Shown: positions 1-7,233 of the stretch, piece after piece | Layout of the letters: each line of letters starts with the position of its first letter | How positions within the stretch are numbered: position 1 is the first letter of the stretch | Virus genome (UHGV): UHGV-0082109 | Length of the DNA stretch: 20,297 nucleotides | From: a virus | Strand: one strand, 5' to 3' | Program-made: the position numbers and the translations under genes | Notes under the pieces: model-generated | Seen by the model: the letters and a program-made list of their open reading frames with translations, nothing else | What the model was told of the DNA's origin: nothing | The model's database searches: none

Positions 1-21
1 GATATAAAATTTATAAAGGTA

Positions 22-40
22 AATGCAAATCATTTGCATT
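22..40. promoter_or_regulatory. Perfect 19-bp palindrome (aatgcaaat-c-atttgcatt) about 20 bp upstream of the first cassette-A gene; candidate operator
   Basis: Read directly: 9-bp arms 22-30 and 32-40 are exact reverse complements around c31. A 1-nt spacer cannot form an RNA hairpin loop, so a dimeric DNA-binding site is more likely than a terminator. SD-like GGAG at 48-51 and ATG at 60 follow. Confidence 0.3.
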
Positions 41-59
41 ATGAAATGGAGATTAATTT

Positions 60-650
60 ATGAAATTATTAAAATATATCTTTAAGAGAGTTGTAGGAGT
101 AATACCCATTTTGATAATAATATCATTTGTATCATTTGGGCTTATGAATTTAGCACCAGGAGATCCGGCAGAAGCAATATTGACTTCTCAGGGAGCTGTT
201 GTAACATCAGAAGTTTTAGAAAGCACTAGGGTAGAGATGGGATTAGACAAACCTTTTTTAGTACAATATCTAAATTGGATGAAAAATTGCTTAAAAGGAG
301 ATTTTGGCATTTCCTATTCTACAGGGGTATCGGTAAAGGAAGAGTTATTTAAGCATTTACCATATACCATAACACTTACAGCCACAGCCATGGCTATAAC
401 TATACTTGTTTCGATTCCCATTGGAATAATAGCAGCAATTAATAAAGATAAATTTATAGATTCTATAATAAAAGATCCTAAGGTTAAAACTAGCGGATTG
501 AATGATAGTGAGATCTTGGAAAAGGGCGTTAATACAGTTTCTGGTCTTTTGAATCATATAAACACAATTGATAAGAGTTATCTCGATAAGCTAAAGAGAA
601 AATACGGAAATACGATTGTCGATATGCTTTTTTACAAGAATGTAAATTAA
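60..650 (+). CDS. 2-TM membrane protein: N-terminal half of an OppB/DppB-type peptide ABC permease, with a hydrophilic ~70-aa tail replacing the remaining TM segments
   Basis: ORF of 196 aa with GGAG 8 nt upstream of the ATG. The N-terminus (KYIFKRVVGVIPILIIISFVSFGLMNLAPGDP ... GLDKP ... QYLNW ... GDFGISY ... LPYTITLTATAMAITILVSIPIGIIAAINK) matches the conserved N-terminal pattern of OppB/DppB permeases as I recall it. Two hydrophobic helices (about aa 11-31 and 100-127). After aa ~130 the sequence is hydrophilic and unlike a permease. AT-rich codon usage. Confidence 0.5.
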   Translation: MKLLKYIFKRVVGVIPILIIISFVSFGLMNLAPGDPAEAILTSQGAVVTSEVLESTRVEMGLDKPFLVQYLNWMKNCLKGDFGISYSTGVSVKEELFKHLPYTITLTATAMAITILVSIPIGIIAAINKDKFIDSIIKDPKVKTSGLNDSEILEKGVNTVSGLLNHINTIDKSYLDKLKRKYGNTIVDMLFYKNVN

Positions 651-651
651 A

Positions 652-2004
652 ATGAAAATAAATATTGAGATCTCGAAAATCCAGCATGTTGAACATATGT
701 CATTTGCTATTGATCTTTCTGAAAATAAACTGACTTGCATTGTAGGAAAGAACGGTGCTGGAAAGACAACGCTAATCAAAGCAATTAAAAATTTACAATC
801 AGCAGATACATTCATAAAGACATCTTCTAGATATATATTCAATCCTGACAGTAGTATAGTATATAATATTAATGATCAAGATATAGTATATGTCTATGAT
901 GAGAATTTGAAGGTAATAGATACTAAGCAAATAATTCCAGCAGATATAAAATCCAATCTTTATGTCGAGTTGCCCATTCCTCATGGAATGAGGTTCAATA
1001 ACTTCCCAACACTTAGTAAAATTGATACTGAACTTAGAAAAAGTATTGCGTTTGAAAGCTATAGCGTTCCCGAGGATTTGATAAATATACTCAATGAGGT
1101 ATATCAGTCTTCTTCTTACAATAATCTTAAAGCATTTTCTGTAAAAAATGAAATTTTCTATTTCAGATTGAATGAGAACGGAACATACATAAGGGAGGAT
1201 TACTTTAGCTCGGGTGAGTATTTTATTTTGAATTTATTTAGAATGATTGAGCTCAAAAGAAAATTCATTGTCATAGATGAGATAGATATATCACTAGACT
1301 CTTCGGCGCAAGTCCATCTTATAGCAGTGCTAAGGAAATATTGTCAGAGACACTCGGTGAATATTGTATTCACAACACATTCACTTGCTTTAATGCAAAC
1401 GCTGAATGATGATGAATTGTACTATATGTGCGAAGGTGATGCTGGAACTACAATTACAAATCGATCATATAATTATATAAAAAGTACGCTTTTTGGATTT
1501 AAAGGATGGGATAAGTACATTCTTACTGAAGATGAAGTTCTGCAAAATTTCTTAGAATATATAATTAATGCTCCTGGGAATGATTACTTCTACGAATATA
1601 AAATAATATATGTTGGTGGAGGAACTAATGTCATTGATTTAATGCGTCGTAATGAGAGAGAGAGCTTTCTCACGACTCAACAGAATGTGATCTCAGTGTT
1701 AGACGGAGATCAATTAGGTCAAAGGTATGCTCGAGGTGAAAATATTTTATGCATACCTTTCCAAAGCGTTGAGAAGGATTTCTATCAAGCATACGGCCAA
1801 GATGAATCGATCCCGAGAGTTACAACTAGAGGTAACGATAAACTTGATAAGCAAGTTTATCGAGGGGTAGTGAAAACCTATAACAACGGCTGGGATGAAA
1901 CTAGGATTTTTGAGTACCTTGAGAGGTTAAAGCCTGATGAATGTGAGGCTTTCAGGCAAAAAATTAGAGCATTTCTCCAAAGAAATATTTCGGCAGAGGG
2001 TTGA
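652..2004 (+). CDS. ABC-type (AAA_15/AAA_21-like) ATPase with a C-terminal Toprim-like domain; OLD-family-like nuclease candidate
   Basis: ORF of 450 aa whose ATG lies 1 nt after the upstream stop (TAA-a-ATG), so likely coupled. Walker A GKNGAGKTT (aa 32-40, nt 745-771); signature-like SSGE (aa 186-189); Walker B FIVIDE (aa 205-210); H-loop-like TTHS (aa 241-244). C-terminal ILTEDEV (aa 290-296), VGGGTN (aa 321-326) and LDGDQ (aa 350-354, nt 1702-1710) are spaced like the Toprim E / G-rich / DxD motifs of OLD-family proteins. It sits where P2 carries old, just left of cos. Confidence 0.7.
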   Translation: MKINIEISKIQHVEHMSFAIDLSENKLTCIVGKNGAGKTTLIKAIKNLQSADTFIKTSSRYIFNPDSSIVYNINDQDIVYVYDENLKVIDTKQIIPADIKSNLYVELPIPHGMRFNNFPTLSKIDTELRKSIAFESYSVPEDLINILNEVYQSSSYNNLKAFSVKNEIFYFRLNENGTYIREDYFSSGEYFILNLFRMIELKRKFIVIDEIDISLDSSAQVHLIAVLRKYCQRHSVNIVFTTHSLALMQTLNDDELYYMCEGDAGTTITNRSYNYIKSTLFGFKGWDKYILTEDEVLQNFLEYIINAPGNDYFYEYKIIYVGGGTNVIDLMRRNERESFLTTQQNVISVLDGDQLGQRYARGENILCIPFQSVEKDFYQAYGQDESIPRVTTRGNDKLDKQVYRGVVKTYNNGWDETRIFEYLERLKPDECEAFRQKIRAFLQRNISAEG

Positions 2005-2146
2005 ATATAAGCTTCGGGATCTCATGCCTCTCTATCTGCATGAAATTGCATTTGATAATTCCTATTTTTCTCGTGAACTGTGTCACGTTAGGCGCAGCTC
2101 AGGGCTCATAATGCATCTGCATTAAAACCGCCCCACGAAGCGGGCG

Positions 2147-2165
2147 GGCGAGGCGGGGAAAGCAC
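2147..2165. other. cos: Putative P2-type cos site (19-nt cohesive-end sequence GGCGAGGCGGGGAAAGCAC)
   Basis: Exact match to the P2 cohesive-end sequence as I remember it, lying in a short GC-rich patch between two AT-rich islands and about 2.1 kb from the end of portal gene Q. The following bases (CTGCGCGCT) also match my recollection of the P2 left end before diverging. Confidence 0.6.
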
Positions 2166-2371
2166 TGCGCGCTCCATTAACGACCATTGCATAATACTAT
2201 TAGCCTATGAATCGAGTCATGAGATGTTATCTTTACGATTCAGGCGAGTGCTTTCGTTACGATGAGTTGGTTTAAGCACACTATCTGCACAAAAAATAAT
2301 CTGTTGAAGCGATTCATCATTCCTAACGCTCTAGAGTCTTAAATAAAAATATGTAAAATGCGTAAAATTTT

Positions 2372-3472
2372 TTGAATTATGGATCAGCTATGCTTGGAAC
2401 TTCATCACAAAGAGCTATTTCAGTACAACATGTTGATTTAAATGTAAAGTGTTGGGTCGTTAGACCTGGGATTAAGTATAGATATTTTGCAGACTTCCTT
2501 GAACGCAATATGGTTGCTACTGCTCACTTGGATAGGTTAAGTCCAGATCAAATTGACTTTAATGATGAAATTAACCATGAAAATATTAATCAAAAGGTTG
2601 ATGGGTTAGATACTATTGGTTCAAGAAATATTCATACCCAAATTGAAAATTTCCTCATAGATATGCAGGTCGGTGATGTTGTTTTCACTTTGTCAGGTGA
2701 TATGGTTGTTCCTGGAGTTATTGCATCTTCCGCGTATTTTGAGCGTGAATGTTTAGGTAATAATGAAGGGTTTCATGTAAGACGTAGAGTCACATGGGGA
2801 GAGCCAGTTCGCAGACGAGAGATTCCATTAGCTCTTCAGAAATCGTTTACTGCATACCAGACCGTATTCTCTTTGGGCGGGAAGTCAGAAGAAGTACTGC
2901 ATTGGTTAATGTCATTCTTTATAACGGATAATATTTTCTGTACTAGCTTAAGAGTCGAGCAAGCAGAAGCCATTCGGCATCATACTCTTAAGCAGCTGGC
3001 TGAGCTGGTCGATAGAGTGCAGGTACTTGCGCTATTAATTGGCGAAGAGTTTGATGGCGAGTATACAAACGAAGTTGTTCAGTTTGAGATGGAAAGACTT
3101 TCTAATAATGGAGAGTTATCCTTGACTGCTCAACAAATGTTGATGTCTCCGGGGGATGTTTGGCTACAATTTAAAACAAATAATAGAAAGGCCGGAATTG
3201 CGTTTATGTTAATTATGGGGGCCATTTTTAATCATGATGTAGCCTTCGCTTCAACGGTTGATAATCGTATAAGTGAGGAACTTCGATCTCATATTGAAGG
3301 GAAAAAAGAGGTTGCAATGGATGGATTAAACTTTGATAGAGTTTCTCAAGTTCTAGAGTTGCGTTTAAAAAGACAAAATAGAGGCTTTGTTTCTGCTCGT
3401 CCAACGAACCGTGAGATCGGACAGGGGATCAATTTCCCTGAAGATGGTGATGCGAGGCATGCGAGTGACTAA
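2372..3472 (+). CDS. Hypothetical protein, no recognisable catalytic motif; first gene of cassette B
   Basis: ORF of 366 aa. The track start at 2372 is a TTG; the first ATG is at 2390 (MLGTSSQ...), and neither has a strong SD, so the start is uncertain. AT-rich at the 5' end. No Walker A, HExxH, GxSxG, HNH-like Cys/His pattern or HEPN Rx4-6H was found by eye. Stop TAA at 3470-3472 sits 2 nt before the next ATG. Confidence 0.55.
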   Translation: MNYGSAMLGTSSQRAISVQHVDLNVKCWVVRPGIKYRYFADFLERNMVATAHLDRLSPDQIDFNDEINHENINQKVDGLDTIGSRNIHTQIENFLIDMQVGDVVFTLSGDMVVPGVIASSAYFERECLGNNEGFHVRRRVTWGEPVRRREIPLALQKSFTAYQTVFSLGGKSEEVLHWLMSFFITDNIFCTSLRVEQAEAIRHHTLKQLAELVDRVQVLALLIGEEFDGEYTNEVVQFEMERLSNNGELSLTAQQMLMSPGDVWLQFKTNNRKAGIAFMLIMGAIFNHDVAFASTVDNRISEELRSHIEGKKEVAMDGLNFDRVSQVLELRLKRQNRGFVSARPTNREIGQGINFPEDGDARHASD

Positions 3473-3474
3473 CT

Positions 3475-4164
3475 ATGAACTTTGAATTTGTAAAAGAACA
3501 CTGGCTGATAATAGGCATGCTATTCATAGCATGTCTATTATTAATTTTAAAATTCAAAGATATTTACAGAACACACGATCAGTTTAATAACGTCGTGATG
3601 TCATTGTGCGCTGTTTTGACACTTGTGTGGGGAGGATATACTTTTGATGTTTTGCACCAAAGGGATAAGGCAGAAGCTGATCTTATAGAGTTAAGAAATA
3701 GAATTAGAAATACAGAATCGACATTTTTTAATGTTGACGTTAATGTTGTTAAAATCGATGATGTGTTTTATATAAAGCCTATTGTAACTATTAGGAATAA
3801 CAGTAATGAGCGAATTTATGTGAAGCTTAATAACAAGTCCCTTGCTGTTAGTCGTGTTTTATCGGCCGGTGCAAAGCAAGTCGCTACGGAAGTTTTTTAT
3901 CCAAATTATTATGAGGAGTTGGCTGTTCTTAATGAAGAAAGTAGCTCGCAAGGAAAAGCTAAAAATATACCTTTATATGATATATCCGTTCCTATCTCTG
4001 CCGAAAGACGCTTGAACTATCTTGTTTCGACAAAAGAAAAAGGAATGTATTATGTAACATTTAGTGCTGAGGCAATGAACGAAGATGGCTCGCCTGTTTC
4101 TAAATACATAAATGGGAAAAAATCTATATGGTTTTCTTCTTCATATATTGAAGTTAAAGATTGA
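3475..4164 (+). CDS. 2-TM membrane protein with a ~170-aa C-terminal soluble domain; candidate effector of cassette B
   Basis: ORF of 229 aa, coupled to the upstream gene. Hydrophobic helices WLIIGMLFIACLLLILKF (aa ~10-27) and VVMSLCAVLTLVWGGYTF (aa ~40-57), followed by a hydrophilic, beta-rich region. AT-rich. Confidence 0.6.
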   Translation: MNFEFVKEHWLIIGMLFIACLLLILKFKDIYRTHDQFNNVVMSLCAVLTLVWGGYTFDVLHQRDKAEADLIELRNRIRNTESTFFNVDVNVVKIDDVFYIKPIVTIRNNSNERIYVKLNNKSLAVSRVLSAGAKQVATEVFYPNYYEELAVLNEESSSQGKAKNIPLYDISVPISAERRLNYLVSTKEKGMYYVTFSAEAMNEDGSPVSKYINGKKSIWFSSSYIEVKD

Positions 4165-4231
4165 ATTTCTATTAAACCATATAGTAATTGAAGGTGTTGG
4201 GGGTTAATCTTGCCTGGATTGCATAGAATCA

Positions 4232-4249
4232 CGCCGTCTGGAGACGGCG
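4232..4249. terminator. GC-rich hairpin (cgccgtc-tgga-gacggcg) between cassette B and the Q stop codon; candidate terminator for the convergent transcripts
   Basis: A 7-bp perfect stem with a 4-nt loop, read directly, lying between the converging 3' ends of the 3475-4164 gene (+) and Q (-). There is no strong U-tract on either side, so intrinsic-terminator status is uncertain. Confidence 0.35.
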
Positions 4250-4259
4250 CTAAGGGTAC

Positions 4260-5288
4260 TTAATTAGATTCTAGACTGTAATCTTTAAAGCGGATGACCT
4301 CCTGACCGAGCCAGCCGTTTATTTCCCGAATCCTGTCCTGTAACGGGATAAGCTCATTGCGGACAAAGACCTTTGCCACTTTCTCAATATCACCCAGCGA
4401 CCCGACGTTCTCCGGCTTGCCACCCATCAACTGAAAGGGGATGCGGTGCGCGTCCAGCAGGTCAGCGGCGCTGGCTTTTTTGATATTAAAAAAATCGTCC
4501 TTCGTTGCCACTTCACTGAGCGGGATAATTTTAATGCCGTCGGCTTTCCCCTGTGGGGCATAGAGAAACAGGTTTTTAAAGTTGTTGCGGCCTTTCGACT
4601 TCACCATGTTTTCGCGAAGCATTTCGATATCGTTGCGATCCTGCACGGCATCGGTGACGTACATGATGTATCCGGCATGTGCGCCGTTTTCGTAATACTT
4701 GCGGCGGAACAGCGTGGCCGACTCATTCAGCCAGGCAGAGTTAAGGGCGCTGAGATATTCCGGCAGGCCGTACAACTCCTGATTAATATCCGGCTCCAGC
4801 AGGTGAAACACGGAGCCGGGCGTGAAGGCTGTCGGCTCGTTGAAGGACGGCACCCACCAGTAAACATCCTCCTCCACGCCACGGCGGGTATATTTTGCCG
4901 GTGAGGTTTCCAGTCTGATGACCTTACCGGTGGTGCTGTAACGCTTTTCCAGAAACGCATTACCGAACACCAGAAAATCCAGCACAAAGCGGCTGAAATC
5001 CTGCTGGGAAAGCCACGGATGCGGGATAAATGTTGAGGCCAGAATATTACGTTTGACGTAAATCGGTGAGCTGTGATGCACGGCAGCACGCAGGCTTTTT
5101 GCCAGACCGGTAAAGCTGACCGGTGGCTCATACCATCTGCCGTTACTGATGCACTCGACGTAATCCAGAATGTCACGGCGGTCGAGTACCGGCACCGGCT
5201 CACCAAAGGTGAATGCCTCCATTTTCGGGGCGCTGGCGGTCATTTTTTTTGCCGCAGGTTGCGGTGTTTTCCCTTTTTTCTTGCTCAT
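4260..5288 (-). CDS. Q: Portal (capsid portal vertex) protein, P2 gpQ-like
   Basis: 342 aa starting MSKKKGKTPQPAAKKMTASAPKMEAFTFGEPVPVLDRRDILDYVECISNGRWYEPP, which matches P2 gpQ from memory in sequence and length (~344 aa). Its ATG overlaps the P stop (ATGA), as in P2. Confidence 0.95.
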   Translation of the reverse strand: MSKKKGKTPQPAAKKMTASAPKMEAFTFGEPVPVLDRRDILDYVECISNGRWYEPPVSFTGLAKSLRAAVHHSSPIYVKRNILASTFIPHPWLSQQDFSRFVLDFLVFGNAFLEKRYSTTGKVIRLETSPAKYTRRGVEEDVYWWVPSFNEPTAFTPGSVFHLLEPDINQELYGLPEYLSALNSAWLNESATLFRRKYYENGAHAGYIMYVTDAVQDRNDIEMLRENMVKSKGRNNFKNLFLYAPQGKADGIKIIPLSEVATKDDFFNIKKASAADLLDAHRIPFQLMGGKPENVGSLGDIEKVAKVFVRNELIPLQDRIREINGWLGQEVIRFKDYSLESN

Positions 5289-7060
5289 CAGTAAAACTCC
5301 AGAATGGTGGATGTCAGCGGGGTGCTGATACCGGCGGTGAGTGGCTCATTTAACAGGGCGTGCATGGTCGCCCAGGCGAGGTCGGCGTGGCTGGCTTCCT
5401 CGCTGCGGCTGGCCTCATAGGTGGCACTGCGTCCGCTGCTGGTCATGGTCTTGCGGATAGCCATAAACGAGCTGGTGATGTCGGTGGCGCTGACGTCATA
5501 TTCCAGACAGCCACGGCGGATAACGTCTTTGGCCTTGAGCACCATTGCGGTTTTCATTTCCGGCGTGTAGCGGATGTCGCGCGCGGCGGGATAGAACGAG
5601 CGCACGAGCTGGAACACGCCGACACCGAGGCCGGTGGCATCAATTCCGATGTATTCGACGTTGTATTTTTCGGTGAGTTTGCGGATGGATTCCGCCTGAG
5701 TGGCAAAGTCCATGCCTTTCCACTGGTGACGCTCAAGTATTCTGAATTTACCTCCGGCCACCACCGGCGGTGCCAGCACCACGCATCCGGCGCTGTCGCC
5801 ACGGTGTGACGGGTCGTAACCAATCCATACCGGGCGGGAGCCGAACGGATTGGCGGCAAACGGCGCATAGTCTTCCCATTCTTCCAGCGTGTCGACCATG
5901 CAGCGTTGCAGCTCCTCGAACGGGAACACCGACGCCTTGTCGTCAACAAATTCACACATGAACAGGTTTTTAAAATCGTCGGCGCTGTTTTCGCGTTTGA
6001 GCTGCTCAATGTCGAACAGCGTGCAGCCGCCTTTCAGGGCGTCCTCAATGGTGACAATCTGTCGCCACTGGCCGTCCGCACAGAGAAGACCTCCGGCAAG
6101 GGCGTTATGACTGACGTCGATTTCCACGCGTTCGGCGGCGCTGGCGCGTCCCCGGTTGAACAGTTCACCCGACCAGAACGGGTAGGCGTCGTGCGCCAGC
6201 GTGGACGGGGTGGAGAAATAGGTCGAGCGCAGGTGACTCTGTGAGGCCATACCTGATGCCACCTTACGCAGTACCTGAAAATTCGGGATCCAGAAAATCT
6301 CGTCGACGTACAGGTCGCCGTTATGGCTCTGCGCGGTATTGGAGTTGGTGCCGAGAAAAATCAGTTTTGCGCCGTTATTGCCCAGGACAATCGGGTCACC
6401 GGTCAGGTCAACGTCAACCAGACGGGCAAAGGCGATGATGTATTCACGGAACACATACGCCTGCGTTTTACTGGCCGACAGAAAAATCTGGTTATGACCG
6501 GTTTTCAGGGCGCGCAGCAGCGCCTCGCGGGAAAAATAAAACGTCGCGCCAATCTGGCGGGATTTCAGGATATCGCGGATGCGGTGCTCAAGCCCGGCGC
6601 GATACCAGTGCAACTGATAGTCGAAAGACTGCTCAAAGAAAATCTGCTCCAGCTTTTCGATGGCCTCGTCACTGAAAAAATTCTTTTTCGGTTTGCGACG
6701 CCCGCCTTTGTTGCGGTTAGCGACGTTCGGATTAAGGTCTGCCTCGTTGCCGGTCTGACTGTAACGGTTAACCCGTGCCAGTCGTTCAATCTGGCGTCCC
6801 AGCAGGTCAATTTCCTTGAAGTCACCGCCGGTTTTCTGCGGTTTGATGATGAGCTGGGTCAGCCGCGCTTCCAGACTCATTTCGACACGGCTGATGGGGG
6901 CAACGCTGTCCCAGCCGTCGCGCTGTTTCCAGCTCTGCACCGTCGGGCGTTTCATCTGCAACATGGCGGCAATCTGCGGCACGGAAAACCCCTGCCAGTA
7001 CAGCAGCGCCGCCTGACGACGCGGGTCGTGTAAAAGAGTGGTGTCTGTGGTGATGGTCAT
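5288..7060 (-). CDS. P: Terminase large (ATPase) subunit, P2 gpP-like
   Basis: The track ORF 5288-7090 begins at a TTG. The start is more likely the ATG at 7058-7060 (MTITTDTTLLHDPRRQAALLYWQGFSVPQIAAMLQ...), which has GAGG 7 nt upstream and gives 590 aa, the P2 gpP length. Convergent with Q and divergent from O, as in P2. Confidence 0.93.
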   Translation of the reverse strand: MTITTDTTLLHDPRRQAALLYWQGFSVPQIAAMLQMKRPTVQSWKQRDGWDSVAPISRVEMSLEARLTQLIIKPQKTGGDFKEIDLLGRQIERLARVNRYSQTGNEADLNPNVANRNKGGRRKPKKNFFSDEAIEKLEQIFFEQSFDYQLHWYRAGLEHRIRDILKSRQIGATFYFSREALLRALKTGHNQIFLSASKTQAYVFREYIIAFARLVDVDLTGDPIVLGNNGAKLIFLGTNSNTAQSHNGDLYVDEIFWIPNFQVLRKVASGMASQSHLRSTYFSTPSTLAHDAYPFWSGELFNRGRASAAERVEIDVSHNALAGGLLCADGQWRQIVTIEDALKGGCTLFDIEQLKRENSADDFKNLFMCEFVDDKASVFPFEELQRCMVDTLEEWEDYAPFAANPFGSRPVWIGYDPSHRGDSAGCVVLAPPVVAGGKFRILERHQWKGMDFATQAESIRKLTEKYNVEYIGIDATGLGVGVFQLVRSFYPAARDIRYTPEMKTAMVLKAKDVIRRGCLEYDVSATDITSSFMAIRKTMTSSGRSATYEASRSEEASHADLAWATMHALLNEPLTAGISTPLTSTILEFY

Positions 7061-7233
7061 GAATACCTCGCCGTGATGAATACACGGCAAGGCTACTGAG
7101 TCGCGCCCCGCGATTCGCTAAGGTGCTGTTGTGTCAGTGATAAGCCATCCGGGACTGATGGCGGAGGATGCGCATCGTCGGGAAACTGATGCCGACATGT
7201 GACTCCTCTAATCACTATTCAGGACTCCTGACA
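7061..7233. promoter_or_regulatory. Divergent intergenic region between P and O; expected site of the Ogr-dependent late promoters (P_P / P_O) by analogy with P2
   Basis: Position only: in P2 the divergent late promoters lie between P and O. A short dyad (ccgtg-N7-cacgg) is present, but I could not find a clean TGT-N12-ACA activator site by eye. Confidence 0.4.

Noticed and set aside
357-984. Minus-strand ORFs 357-557, 591-842 and 799-984 (61-83 aa) inside cassette A
   Set aside because: They are antisense to the two better-supported + strand genes, have low-complexity I/Y/N-rich translations typical of AT-rich reverse frames, and no RBS. Treated as shadow ORFs.
1937-2125. 62-aa + ORF overlapping the 3' end of the ATPase gene and running towards cos
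   Set aside because: It overlaps the ATPase gene in another frame, has no SD, and ends in the GC-rich cos-proximal sequence. Probably spurious.
2280-2371. Sigma-70 promoter for cassette B (TTGAAG near 2304; TAAAAT near 2355)
   Set aside because: Several weak -35/-10-like hexamers occur in this AT-rich stretch, but none has convincing spacing. Not callable without a transcription start-site map.
4446-7085. Numerous ORFs of 60-236 aa on both strands inside Q and P (for example 4446-4904 +, 4727-5206 -, 5360-5809 +, 6323-7033 +)
   Set aside because: They are alternative frames of the long, well-supported Q and P genes in GC-rich DNA. Their Arg/Ala/Gly-rich translations are characteristic of out-of-frame reading of high-GC coding sequence.
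7090-7090. Longer N-terminal extensions proposed by the ORF track for P (7090), O (7168), L (10007), X (10507), lysC (12152) and V (14620)
   Set aside because: The extended starts are non-ATG codons or lack an SD, and would add residues not present in the P2 proteins as I recall them. The internal ATGs with SD motifs reproduce the P2 protein lengths.
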